From assembly GCF_009914755.1 (NCBI RefSeq), contig NC_060941.1: 64,000 nt of DNA; one strand, given 5' to 3'. A program made the translations under genes and the position numbers. A model generated the notes under the pieces. That model had not been told where the DNA came from and ran no database searches. It saw only the letters and a list, made by a program, of their open reading frames with translations. How positions within the stretch are numbered: the stretch's first letter is position 1; every line of letters starts with the position of its first letter. Origin of the DNA: the human T2T-CHM13v2.0 reference genome, Homo sapiens. Shown here piece after piece: positions 1-40,480 of this stretch.

Positions 1-63
1 TGGTTTTATGAAGTTATCGTTTACTCTGCTTGAAACACAAACTTGCTGTCTAGGAAATGCTAA

Positions 64-4443
<4,380 letters not shown>

Positions 4444-4817
4444 GAGGACAAGGTTCTTATTTGTCCAAGGGCCTGGTCTGGAGGCTATGATTAGTAAAGT
4501 GTTTTTTAGGAAGATCAATTGGACAGGACAGTTTGGGTTTGTTGTTGCTATTTTTGTTGCCATGGTAACAAACTAAGTATAATTTATGAATAAAAATAGG
4601 CAACTCTTTAACAGTTGTTTATACTTTGAAAATGTCAAATGAATTTGACACATTCTGATCAGTAAGATCCCAGAATATCTAATAGTCAAATATAAATAGA
4701 ACAAGTTGAATTTACTATTGCCTACAACTATTTAACGTGCTAAATTAAAACTCTGTTTATTTAGAAGAGTGACCCCTGTCTTATGCCAAATGAACTCTAT
4801 CAGTTCTACCCAGTGGT

Positions 4818-5040
4818 AATTCCACACTTTCTTTCTTACGTGGCCTGAATCCCACACTTTCTTTCTTACGTGGCATGAATCCCACACTTTCTTTCTTACG
4901 TGGCATGAATCCCACACTTACTTTCTTATGTGGCCTGAATCCCACACTTTCTTATGTGGCCTGAATCCCACACTTTCTTATGTGGCATGAATCCCTCACT
5001 TTATGTGGCATGAATCCCTCACTTTCTTTCTTATGTGGCA
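4818..5040. repeat. 30-bp minisatellite, ~8 copies with shortened (26- and 23-bp) distal units
   Basis: Unit CCCACACTTTCTTTCTTACGTGGC(C/A)TGAAT at 4821, 4851, 4881, 4911 and onward. Confidence 0.95.
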
Positions 5041-5539
5041 GATTGTGTTTGGTAATGTCACATTTGAAGACTTGTTTATTAAATCAGAGACAGTATCTTC
5101 CAAGGTGAAGACTGGAGAGAGATGAGCCGACAGTCAGTGGCTTCTGGAGCTTTCCAGGTGGAGACTCCAATAAATGAATTGAGGGAACTCACAGTGATTC
5201 TGTCCTACTCAGAATGCAGATGGGCAGAACTGAGCTTCCCGGAGAATCCCAGTACCAGAAAGAAGAAGTAAGAAGGAGGGGGTCCTGGGAAGGAGATGGC
5301 CAAGGGACATGGCTTGGCAATCAGGAAGTCTTGGGCAGCCTTTGAGAGGGCTGTTGTCTCCAGGATAAGGAAGGAGGCTGGACATAGGGCTGGAGAATAA
5401 GGAAGGAGTGGAGGTAGAAGGAGTGCATGTAAAGTGGGGACCTTGTAAGGAGAGCAGAGTTGAGATTAGGGTTAGGAGGAGCGGAAACCTCATCACTAAG
5501 GTGAAGTGGCTGAAGGAACCACCAAGAAATGGGAGTTGA

Positions 5540-9865
<4,326 letters not shown>

Positions 9866-10416
9866 TGAGTATATAGAGAATGTTTTAAAAATTCTGTGTT
9901 TTTGCCATTTCTGAGCTGTTGGAGGATGTTAGGATAATGAACATCATTTTGATAGCCATTTGAGCTGGGTGGAAGAAGATGTGGTTTAAATATAAAATGT
10001 CTGTTCTGGGTCCTCCTTGAGGACCTGTTCCCACTTTGCCAAGCTTCCCCCTGGACTTGTCCACACGTGATTAAACACAGCTGAAATCCTGTACACTTGA
10101 GTGAACTGCATGTAAGTGTTCTGTGGGCTGGGCTGATTCATCTTTACATTGTACACTTCCTGGGGTTGTAGCCTTTGACCCCTGGGTGACCTCCTCCAGG
10201 AATTCTGGGTACTCGATAGGACTCAAATGTTTATTGCTGAATTGGTTGGATGTGGGCTTCTGAGTTTGGATTGGGTGACTACTGTACCATAGGAAACCAT
10301 GTAAAACAGTTATAAATGTAAGTCAGATTAAATTCACTTCTGATTCTACAGTTGCTCCCACTTTTTTTTGTTTTTGTTGATGGTAGACTCCCCAAAGTGA
10401 CTTTTTTGGCCTTGTA

Positions 10417-12745
<2,329 letters not shown>

Positions 12746-12751
12746 AATTTT

Positions 12752-12867
12752 GTTAGCCGGGCATGGTGGTGCCCAGCTGTAGGTTAGCCGGGCGTGGTGA
12801 CGCGCAGCTGTAGGTTAGCTGGGCCTGGCACAGCTAGGTTAGCTGGGTGTGGTGGCGCGCAGCTGTA
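12752..12867 (+). repeat. Tandem amplification (~4 x 24-31 bp) of the start of an Alu right monomer
   Basis: GTTAGCCGGGCGTGGTG...CAGCTGTAG repeated at 12752, 12783, 12814, 12838. Confidence 0.85.
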
Positions 12868-15168
<2,301 letters not shown>

Positions 15169-16352
15169 GTGTTTTTATTTAAGTTTTTGAGCATATTTAA
15201 GGCAGTTGTTTCAAAGTCTTTGTCTAGCAAATCCAGCATCTGGCCTTCCCCAGAATAGTTTCTGTCAGTTTTTATTTCTTTGACTGAGTCATACTTTCCT
15301 GTTTCTTTGTGTGCCTTGTGATTTTTGTTGTTGTTGCAAACTGGACCTGTGATGATGAGAACGCAGTAGCTCTGGAAATCAGATTCTTCTCCTTTCCTTG
15401 GGTTTGGTGGGGTTTTTTGCTTGCCAAAGGATATAGGGGCCCTTTTATTTAACGACTTTTCCAAGCTATTGTTATTGCAGACTATCTTCCTTCGTTATGT
15501 AGTCACTGAAGTCCTTGTTCCTCAGCTTGTGTTTAGTTGGTGTTTTGACAAAGATTTCCTTGAATGCCAGGAACTCTTACAGTCTTTACGAACTGGCTCT
15601 GTGCCTGAGCCCTCCTTGAACTCTTGATGGGCTTGCCCTTGGCCTAGGGATCAGCCCAGAGTGAAAGCAAGCTCGAGGCCGAGGAGGTCTTCGCAGAGGG
15701 GGCCTTTTGCCCTGGGCATGTGTGTAGCTTTCTGAATTTTCCAGCACACACTGAGGCCTCTGAATGTCCTGATTTCCCAGAAACACACCCAGGTTTTCGC
15801 CTTAGGCAGTCTGTTGTATGTTGGGACTGTAATCTTCTGCCCCAGGCATCTGAGAGTTAAATGGGTTTGAAATGTTTTTAAGCTTTTTTTGGCCTTGGAT
15901 CTGACTTAGGCAAAACAGAAGAGGAGTGCCTTGTGTCAGTCAGACTCCAGACACATTAGAACAGACACACACAATACATTTTGAATGAGGTCTCCAGCAG
16001 CTTCTGGTAGGCACTTAAGGTTAGAAAACATTGTTTAGGAAAAGAATAGAATATAAAGCTTAGCGGTTGGTTGTAGAAGGTTCTTGCTGCTGGATCCACT
16101 CAGCTCCTGGGCAGTTGGTGGGGGCCAGCCTCCAGCTGACCAGTGAGTGGGACGCTGGGCTGGAGCTGCTGGTATTATGTTAGGAAGGTTATTCCTGAGA
16201 AATTCAGATACTTGTTGACTGAATTGGTATGATGCTTATAGTCTTTCTTAAATGATTAAAGTTTAACATATTATTAAATTTAAAAATATTGTGAAATAAT
16301 ACTTCTTGTAGAACATTTAGACCGTAAAAGTGGATGTGAAAAATTATCCATT

Positions 16353-19241
<2,889 letters not shown>

Positions 19242-20215
19242 TTACCTTTCAGAATGGGCTCAACCGCTTGAATGATTTGGAGAATTGGAGGTAAGAGATT
19301 TTGGTGTTAATGACTTTCACTTCCCTGTCTTATGTCCATTCTTCCTGCACGATTGTTGTTTGTGGGTATGCGTCCTTCTGCACGTAATCTGTTTGAAGCC
19401 TTTCCAGTGATCCCATGTCTATACCCCCTTTCCCCTGTGTAGCCATCCCATTGGCCTGGATGCTTGGGGATGGTTTGTCTACTCATGCCCCTGTCTTTTC
19501 TCCTGGAGTTGGCACACTCCAGTCCAGCACCCACCCTCAGGCGTAACCCTTTCCTTCCTCCCACACGCCTGCCCACTGGATGCTGCTCTGCAGCTGCCTC
19601 TCCTGTAAGACCAGCCGTGAAGGTTCCTGCTCAGATGCTTTCCCTATATCTGTCTCTCAGTGCCATCTAGGGAGGGAGCAAATAGTTATCAAGTTAGCAG
19701 TTTATTCTGTCTTGAATTCTCTAATTGTTTTATGCCCACTAACAAGGTTGACAGCTGAGGTCCCATATCAGTAAGTGAGCATTTATTATTTTTTTCCCAG
19801 CGCATCACACCTGGGCTTGTTGAACAGAAAAGCCTTTTTATGTGTTAATACTGTGTTGGCTTGAAATGGAGTGGCACCTTCGGGGGCTGACAGTGGCATA
19901 GCTTGGAGTGTGATCTTTCTCAGACAGGGGTCCACAGTGGGTGTGTGTGGCGTGTGGCTGCTGCTTCATTGTCCTTGGAGTAGGCCCTCCCAGCGGTTGG
20001 AGGGTGTTTGAGACCAAGCAAATTCCTGTGTGAGCAGCTCTGTCTTCTCTGGTTCTGCTGATGGACTCACCTTTTAGCATAGGTGTCAGTGGGCCAACCT
20101 CAGGGGCGTGCAGGGACAGGGACAAAGGGTGTGCTATAAGCACAAGTAGGCCTGAAATAGACAGGTTTCTGGAGTTAGAATTTTAAAATAGTTGTAGATT
20201 CTAAATAACTAATGA

Positions 20216-25711
<5,496 letters not shown>

Positions 25712-25726
25712 TAAAACTCGCTTTTA

Positions 25727-26227
<501 letters not shown>

Positions 26228-26234
26228 TTACATT

Positions 26235-26424
26235 CAGGGTGTCCAGTCTTTAGGCTTTCCTGGGCCACATTGGAAAAAGTATTGTCTACACTAACAAGAG
26301 CTGGTAAGCTGAAAAAATCACAAAAATCATAATGTTTTAAGAAAGTTTATGAATTTGTATTGGGCCACATTCAAAGCCATCCTGGGCTGCATGCAGCCCA
26401 CGGGCCGTGGGTTGGACAAGCTTG
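26235..26424 (+). mobile_element. MER30 (hAT-Charlie) non-autonomous DNA transposon
   Basis: CAGGGTGTCCA...TGGGCCACATTGGAA start and GGCCGTGGGTTGGACAAGCTTG end match the MER30 consensus. Confidence 0.85.
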
Positions 26425-26569
26425 TTTTAAGAGTTTAGGAAGAAAAATAATACTTCTGGTTATTTTTTTCATCCTGCTTAGTTGCTATTTTTCTGTTTTA
26501 CAGTGTGCAATACTGTAATATAATTTATACATATATTAATATATTGTTGCCAGCTTATTTTTACTTTAA

Positions 26570-27530
26570 ACTTTTTTTTGAGGAATATTTCACATAAAAC
26601 AAACTTAAGGGTACCTTTCAAAGAGTTTTGACAGCTGTATACACCATGTAGCCGAAATCACAATCAAAATAATAGATCCAGATATTACCCCTCACCCCAA
26701 ACCTTCCTCTTGCCCCTTGGCAGTCAGCCTCATCCCCCTGGAGAGTCCCAGACACTCAACTCTGTGCCTCCCCTCCCGTAGAAGTGTTTTCTTCCAGGGT
26801 TTCATAAACATGGAATCATGTAGAATATACTGGTGTTTGGCTCGCTCTTATTCACATGGTATATTTGAGGTTCATCAATGTTACTTGTGTGGGCAGTTTT
26901 CCTTTGCGATTGCTGGGCGGCAGCTGAGTGGATTCTCTTCTATGGATGTACCCCCATTTGTGGATCCATTCACCTACGGCTGACTGTCTAGACAGTGTCC
27001 AGTCTGGGCTGCTGTGCATCACGCTGCTGTGAACGTCTGTGTAGGAGTCACATTTGTGTGAACTGGTGCTCTCACTTCTCTTGGCAGATAACTACAAGTA
27101 CGAGTGGTGGGGCCAGGTGGTCAATGTGCATTTATTTCACAGAAAAGCTGACCCACTTTTCCAGAGCAGTTGCACCAGTTTGTATTCTTGCTGGCAGTAT
27201 GTGACAGCTAGTTGCTCCATATCCTTGTCAGCACTTGGTTTTGTCAGTCTTCTTATATTAGCCATTATCTGGGTGTGTAGTGGTATGTCAGTATGTGTAT
27301 TTTTTTTTAATACTTTGGATCATTTACATCAACCGTGGTTTAATTTGCCTTGCTGTTGAGCATCTCTACATGTGCTTTTGGCCATTTCTATGTCATCTGT
27401 AGTGAATGACCATTTTTAATGGGTTGTTTACCTTCTTACTGAATATTAAGCTTTGTTTATATACCCTGAACAGAAGTCCTTTGTGAGATAGGTGTATTGT
27501 GAATATTTTCTCCCATTCCATCCTTTGCCC
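26570..27530 (-). mobile_element. Old L1M (L1MD/ME-like) 3' fragment
   Basis: TCATAAACATGGAATCATGTAGAAT, CTTTTCCAGAGCAGTTGCACCAGTTTGTATTC, TGTTGAGCATCTCTACATGTGCTTTTGGCCATT, AGAAGTCCTTTGTGAGATAGGTGTATTG. Confidence 0.7.
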
Positions 27531-28240
27531 TGTTTGTTGATACTGTATTTCATATATTCAAATATTGATTTCTACTTAATTTTTCACTTAGAGGTGTACA
27601 GTCAAAAGCATTTGGAGGCTACTGCTCGGCTGAATTAGCAGAAGGAATTGCTGTGGACTGAATAGAGGAAGGAAAGGACCCAGGCGCTGTCCCACAGCCT
27701 CTCCCGTGACCTCACCCTGGGGGAGGCATGGGTGTTTGGCAGAGAGCCCTTTTTGGTTTTACGTGAATGTCATTTGGGCGGGTGTGGGGTAGAATGATCT
27801 CAAGAGCATTCTCACCTCCGAGGAGCGGTTGCGTCTCGATGCATCGGCACAGGAGGGCTGTGCACTTTCCACTGCCACCACCCGTGAGACCTCCAGAGAG
27901 CCTGACCCTGCCATCTGCACTAAGATCCCCAGCTGTTGTCTGGTGATCCAGATGAGAGGACCAGCGTGATAGTTTCTCACAGCAGCCTCTGGCAGGACCT
28001 GGAGTGGAAATCTTCCTTAGTCTAAAACACATCCCGAATGACTGAACATTATAGGAGAATGTGTCTTTGTTTTACGAGGCCACTTGAAGTCCACCTCCCT
28101 CCTCTTCTGGGTGTGGCCCTTGCCTGTAGCTCCGAGTGTGAGGATCTTAAGTGTGAGGGTGTGTGCTCCTGAGCCAGCCTTTACCCCAACACCAAGTTGC
28201 CACACCGAACTGCAGACCTGGCAGCCCTGTCCAGCAACTT

Positions 28241-28601
28241 CCTTATCACAGTTACAGTGCAGCAAATGGGAGAGGGGCCAAAACCCCCAAAATTATTCTC
28301 CTTATTACAGTTACAGTACAGCAAATGGGAGAGGGGGGCCAAACCCCCAAAATTATTCTCCTTATTACAGTTACAGTACAGCAAATGGGAGAGGGGCCAA
28401 AACCCCCAAAATTATTCTCCTTATTACAGTTACAGTGCAGCAAATGGGAGAGGGGGGCCAAAACCCCAAAATTATTCTCCTTATTACAGTTGCAGTGCAG
28501 CAAATGGGAGATGGGGGGCAAAACCCCCCAAATTACTCTCCTTATTACAGTTGCAGTGCAGCAAATGGGAGATGGGGGCCAAAACCCCCCAAATTACTCT
28601 C
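28241..28601. repeat. ~60-bp minisatellite, 6 copies
   Basis: Unit CCTTATTACAGTTACAGTGCAGCAAATGGGAGAGGGGCCAAAACCCCCAAAATTATTCT with variable G/C run lengths. Confidence 0.96.
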
Positions 28602-29387
28602 CAAGCCAAAGGAAAACTCTGGATGCTCGATAGCCACTTACAGAGCTGCTCATCACATGCGTTGTTGGAACACCTAACACTAGCCTCCTGGTTATGAATG
28701 TTTCTGGAATCGAGCCTCCCTGATATGTGCCTACAGAAGCGGATCTGCCTGAGGACATCCGCCATTTCCTAATATTTATACCTTAGAATATAGAGCCAGC
28801 TTCATAACATGTGGGGTCCAGTGCAGAATGAAAACATGGGACCTGTAGTTGAGAAAGCAGGAAAAGGCCGGGCCCAGTGGCTCATGCCTGTAATGCCAGC
28901 ACTTTGGGAGATTGAGGTGGGTGCATCACTTGAGCCCAGGAATTTGAGACCAGCTTCAGAAATACAGTGAGACCCCCATCTCTACAAAAACAAAACAGGC
29001 AGGTGTGGTGGTACGTGCCTGTAGTCCCAGCTATTCAGGAGGCTGAGGCGGGAGGATTGCTTCAGCCTGGGCTTGCAGTGAGCCATGATTGTGCCACTGC
29101 CTTCCAGCCTGGGCGACACTGCAAGACCTTGTCTCTAAACAAACACACACACACACACACAAAGAGCTTCTTTATGTCTTCTGTGGATTCCTGGCCTGCC
29201 ATAGTGTTTTTAATTTGCCACTTGACTTCAAGCTTTCCCAGGAATACGTGTCTGAAGCAAGGCACCCCTGTTCACACCCCACCAGGGACATTGGACAGTT
29301 GTGGGGGAAGAAGGGGGTGCAGGAGCAAGATGGGCTGTGTCCCATTGAACTTCACTACAGAACACCAATTTAAAGATAAATGATTAG

Positions 29388-29655
<268 letters not shown>

Positions 29656-30457
29656 TAGCCAGGATGGTCTCGATCTTCTGACCTTGTGATCCGCCTGCCT
29701 CAGCCTCCCAAAGTGCTGGGATGACAGGTGTGGGCCACGGCGCCGGCCCTGAGGTGGGCTTTGTGCAGCTGTGCTGGCCACACAAGCCTGAAACCGGCCT
29801 TGTCTGTATGGAAAAGTTCTGTGTCAAAACTAGGTGGTTTCTAAGTCACTGTGAAGCATTGCGTGCAGTAAGCGTGCGTCACTGAAAGATGACACTTGCA
29901 AGCCAGTACTGAGCCGGGTCGTTAGGTGTCAAAGCCTGTTTTAAGCTTCGGAGGCTTAGGTTAGAAGATTTGTGCTGAAAGGCCGGAAGTGGTGGCTCAC
30001 GCCTGTCATCCCAGCACTTTGGGAGGCCGAGGCGGGCGGATCACAAGCTCAGGAGACTGAGACCATCCTGGCTAACACGGTGAAACCCCGTCTCTACTAA
30101 AAATCCAAAAAATTAGCCGGGCGTGGTGGCGGGCACCTGTAGTCCTAGCTACTCGGGAGGCTGAGGCAGGAGAATGGCGTGAACCTGGGAGGCGGAGTTT
30201 GCAGTGAGCTTAGATTGCACCTCTGCACTCCAGCCTGGGCGATAGAGCGAGACTCCATCTCAAAAAAAAAATTAAAAAAAAATAAAAATAAACATGATGG
30301 CATGTCATGAGTTTTGAAGGATAAGAAGTTAAAGCTGGCCAGGCACGGTGGCTCATGCCTGCAATCCCAGCACTTTGGGAGGTCAAGGCGGGTGGATCAC
30401 CTGAGGTCAGGAGTTTGAGACCAGCCTGGCCATCATGGTGAAACCCTGTCTGTACTA

Positions 30458-30748
<291 letters not shown>

Positions 30749-31129
30749 TCAGCTCTGTCAAGCTGTTTATTTGTAATTTATGTGCTTTAAGATGACACTT
30801 GCCACTCAGACCTCCTCCAAGGAGGGGCAGGGGAGCCCATTCCTGGGCCTGGCACGGTGCTCCACCTCCTGCACACCCCTTTCTGGGGCAGGTCCTTGGA
30901 CTGTGGGGAAGCACCTGCTGCACTCTGGGTGGTGGCAGCCTTGGGCCCTGGGCTCCCCCTTGTGGAGTCCTCAGGGTGTGAGGCACCATAAAATTATTCA
31001 AAAAATGAAGTGGCTTCCAAACACTCTCCATGTCCGCACTCCCCTCGCGGTGGACCAAGGCACACGCTCCCAGCCTGGCCACAGGCCTAGACTAGTGTTG
31101 AGGTTTGCATTGGACATGTTGAAGGCTTA

Positions 31130-31720
31130 CAAATGTTTTTCTTTTTCTTTTGAAATTACTTCAGAATTAAAGCAAAATTGCAAAAATAGTACAGAGAACT
31201 TCCGTTTTCCCAGATTCCCACTCCGTTAGTGTTTCACCAAACCCGCATGTTCAGTCTCTCTCCCTCTCCTTAAACATTCGAGGGGCAGTTGCAAAGGTGA
31301 CGCTTTCCCTGCAGGCATCCTCTTCTGTGCCTGCCCTGGTGAGAACTGCTACGGCAACTGTGTCCTAATGGCCGACCTTCTCCAGGCTTCACCCACCGTC
31401 GCTCCTGCCCTTCACTGATAGGCCCTGTGTCACACTGAACCCTCCTGTCGCTTTAATCCTCTTCTATGTGTGGCCATCTCAGCCTTTGTCTTCTGTGACA
31501 TTGATATTTTTGAAGAGCACAGCATTAGTGATTTCGTCGAACGTCCCTCAGTTAGGATTTGTTGGATGTTTCCTCTTGATTAGATCTAGGTTAGTTACCT
31601 TTGGCAGGAACTCTAGAGGTGAAGTTGTGTCCTCTCAGGGCACCATGGCCGTGTTACCCTGGTGTCGTTTTGTGCCGTGGACAATGATGCTGGCTGTGAG
31701 CACTTGGCTGAGGTGGTTGA
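31130..31720 (-). mobile_element. Degenerate L1MC-like 3' fragment
   Basis: AAATTGCAAAAATAGTACAGAGAACTTCC and TGACATTGATATTTTTGAAGAG...TTTCCTCTTGATTAGATCTAGGTT...TTTGGCAGGAA. Confidence 0.5.
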
Positions 31721-31830
31721 AGAGCAGCATCCCAAACAGGGCTCTGGAGTGCAGAGTGACCTCTGCAGCCACTCTGGTCAAGCGTCTCCGCGTGCTCTGC
31801 AAGGCTCCAAACCGGAGAGGTGCTCTGTAG

Positions 31831-32193
<363 letters not shown>

Positions 32194-32668
32194 TAGGCAG
32201 AAAGGAGCTCACCCATGGAGCATTTTTTCTGAGTCGCCTGAGTTATCTGTGTCACGGCAGAAAAGGACGTCAGGAGTCTGGGGGAAGCAGGGCCATCCTG
32301 GAGGCCACAGCCCAGGCAGGTGCCAAGGCCAAAGGCAGCTCTTCTGTGCTTGCCTCTCAGAGTGGGACTGCCTGGGACCAGACCTGCTGCTCCTGAGCTG
32401 TGTTGGCCCTGGCCTTGTCTCCTCTGCATGTCAAGGACACATGACCTGCTTGAATGGCAGGGGCTTTTGTTATGCAGGTTCCCAGCCATGCCGTCACTCC
32501 ACAGAAGCACAAACATGGTTTTCGGGGACTTTGGATGTTTCTGGAGGGGTCTGACTCTGGGTCTGTGTTCATGAGATCCACATTCACAGGCGTGGCTGCG
32601 AAGAGGCCCCTAGACCTTGGGATGTGTGCTGAGCCCTTAAGACATGAACCACCACTAGAATCAGCTAA

Positions 32669-33010
<342 letters not shown>

Positions 33011-34608
33011 TGATCCGCCCACCTCGGCCTCCCAAAGTGCTGGGATTACAGGCGTGAGCCACCGGACGTGGCCTCAAGTACTTTTTTGAAACTGGTTGTA
33101 GGGAATAGTTTGACAAATCGGCTAGTTGGTTGAACTTGCTTTGCATAAAGAGACATCACTAAATATAACTCTCCTTAAAGTTGGGGACTTATTTAAATCT
33201 GATTCATTTCTGTGGGGCTGTATGATGTTGGTTAATACTGAAGTCTTGCAACAAAGTCTGGCTTTGTTCCTAAGGAACCTGTCTTTGGAGTCCTTAGAGC
33301 TTCTTCGTGAGTCTGTTAATTCATAAACTCCAGACCATTGGCCTGCACGTTGCATTTGTAATAATTTCCATTCCCACAAGAAACTAGAACAGGAGAATGA
33401 GAGAGCCAGGCTGGGAGAAGGATGTTTGCGACACTGAATCCAGTTTAAGTTGTTGGTTTGTTCAAGTGAAGGAAATGGAATTTTTATCAGGGCCCTCTGA
33501 ACAGGTTTGAAACTTTACTTAGGGATTTGCCATTCTGCTTTCTGCCACCTAGTGTTCCTTTCCTGTAGTGCATCTCTTAACCTGTCCCTTCCTTCCATTT
33601 TTGGTCAGACGTCTCAGGCTTGTAAACAGATTCCTAGTCTATACTGAGCTTCATTACAAATCTTGCAGAATCCAGTGAGGTTTTTTTTTTTTTTTCTTTT
33701 TTTCCAAGACAGAGTCTCGCTCTGTCGCCCAGGCTGGAGTGCAGTGGCTCGATCTGGGCTCACTGCAACCTCCGCCTCCCACGTTCAAGCAATTCTTCCT
33801 GCCTCAGCCTCCCAAGTAGCTGGGATTACAGGTGTGGGCCACCATGCCCGACTAATTTTTTTTTTGTTTTTAATAGTGGCAGCGTTTCACCATATTGGCC
33901 AGGCTGGGTTCGAACTCCTGACCTCAGGTGATCTGCCCGCCTCGGCCTCCCAAAGTGCTGGGATTACAGGCGTGAGCCACTGCTCCCAGCCCCAAATAAA
34001 GTACTTTTAGGAACACACAGTGCCAGGAATTGGGATAGGCTGACTGTATGAGACAGCCCCCTCATCAGCCTAGTGTCTTCCAGACACTTAAACTCCATCA
34101 TTGACCCCAAGTGCTTCTGTGGAGGAAAGTTGCAGGGCCAGGGAAGAGGCATCTCAGGCCTTGGGAAGTCAGGGGCCCTTCTAGCCAAGACACCAGCTGC
34201 ATGTGGACCTGCACTGAGCTCATTGCCCTGCAGCCGTGTGGGGAAGACACAGGTCCCAGGAGGATCTAACCCCCGGCATCTGGTTTCGCCCCCACCTCCG
34301 TTCTGTTGTAATATTTTGCGGCTCTTTTTAGTGTCATGAGGCAACTCATCCAAAATTATTCCACAGTTTTTAATTTCTAGTTTTGAAAAGGGGAACAAGG
34401 ATTTCCAAGGTAACTGAACTCCATAGAGAACCTGAAAACAGTTTTAATGTATCTTGTTTCGAATGTAACCTACATTCAAATAAATTATAATTATAGTGTG
34501 GGTGTCCATGCAGTCACAACCCAGGTAAAAGAAATAGGTCACTGTCACCGGGCGCGGTGGCTCACGCCTGTAATCCCAGCACTTTGGGAGGCTGAGGCGG
34601 GCGGATCA

Positions 34609-34926
<318 letters not shown>

Positions 34927-35268
34927 TCATTTCTACATCCATCTGCATGGACGGCTTTTATTTTTTTAAACTGTCTATTGAAGTATACTGTCTATACAGA
35001 AAAGTGTGTGTATCGTGCGTATGCAACTGATGCATTTTTACACACAGGAACTCTCACTGACGCAGTCAGAATCTAGATGAAGAAAAAGCAAGTTGGCCGG
35101 GCACGGTGGCTCACGCCTGTAATCCCAGCACTTTGGGAGGCCGAGGTGGGCGGATCATGAGGTCAGGAGATTGAGACCATCCTGGACAACATGGTGAAAC
35201 CCCATCTCTACTAAAAATACAAAAATTAGCAGGGCATGGTGGCGGGCGCCTGTAATCCCAGCTACTCA

Positions 35269-35391
<123 letters not shown>

Positions 35392-35613
35392 TTACCAGGA
35401 CATCTGGATAGCTTTTAAATGTATTCCATGGCTCATCAACGTGGAGAGGCTCACACTTAGATGAAAACACAGAGCACCTCCCTCACCTTGCTGGGGCTGG
35501 GGCTGGGGCTGGGGCTGGGCTTGTTCTGTGGCAGCCAGGATGGAGGACGAACAGCACATCCCCATGCTTTTGGTCAGGCTGTGAGCAGATGGCCAGCAGC
35601 ACCTTCCTGCCTC

Positions 35614-39972
<4,359 letters not shown>

Positions 39973-40029
39973 TTCAGACGTTTTCTCCTGAAGGTGAACA
40001 AGCAAAGAAGGTGGCTTACTTTTTCAGTG

Positions 40030-40480
40030 TCTTAACAGGGGTTTTGGCAGAGAAGCTTTTTCAGTTTTCATGATGGGCGTGTTTTGAAGGCCAGAGCTGA
40101 TGGCACTGGTGGATGGACTCCTGTATTCTGGCCTGAGCACCTGAGTGCTGCCTGTCACTGCTGAGGGGAGTCCTGGGAGAGGAGCGTGGGCTGGGAGTCT
40201 TGTTTGAGACCCCCAGTGTTGATGCATATGAGGGGCCAGAGTGTAGGGAGACCCTGGAGCTGGAAGTGGGGATTTTGGAGCCATTTGGGTATATGTGTAG
40301 AGTTCAAGGTCTGAGGCCTGGATGAGCCAGGAGTGAGGGTAGAGGGAGAAACTGGAGTCGAGGCCTGGAGCATTGAACCTTGAACATCGGGCGGTAAAGA
40401 GAGGAGGCTCCGGTAAGGGGTTGGAAAGGAGTGCTGCAAAGTGGGAACCAGAGTCTGGTGTCCTGGACATCCAGGAGGTG
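40030..40480 (-). mobile_element. Degenerate L2 fragment
   Basis: GCTGGAAGTGGGGATTTTGGAGCCATTTGG...TTCAAGGTCTGAGGCCTGGATGAG...GAGGCCTGGAGCATTGAACCTTG resembles L2 ORF2 remnants. Confidence 0.45.

Noticed and set aside
19253-19296. Possible 38-nt exon ending in a strong donor GAG|GTAAGA
   Set aside because: The acceptor has only a 9-nt pyrimidine tract directly after an Alu poly(A); too weak to report.
28084-28697. Long ORFs with repeated NYSPYYSYSTANGRG, superficially like the Pol II CTD heptad
   Set aside because: Produced by the 60-bp minisatellite; open in several frames, with no convincing splice context.
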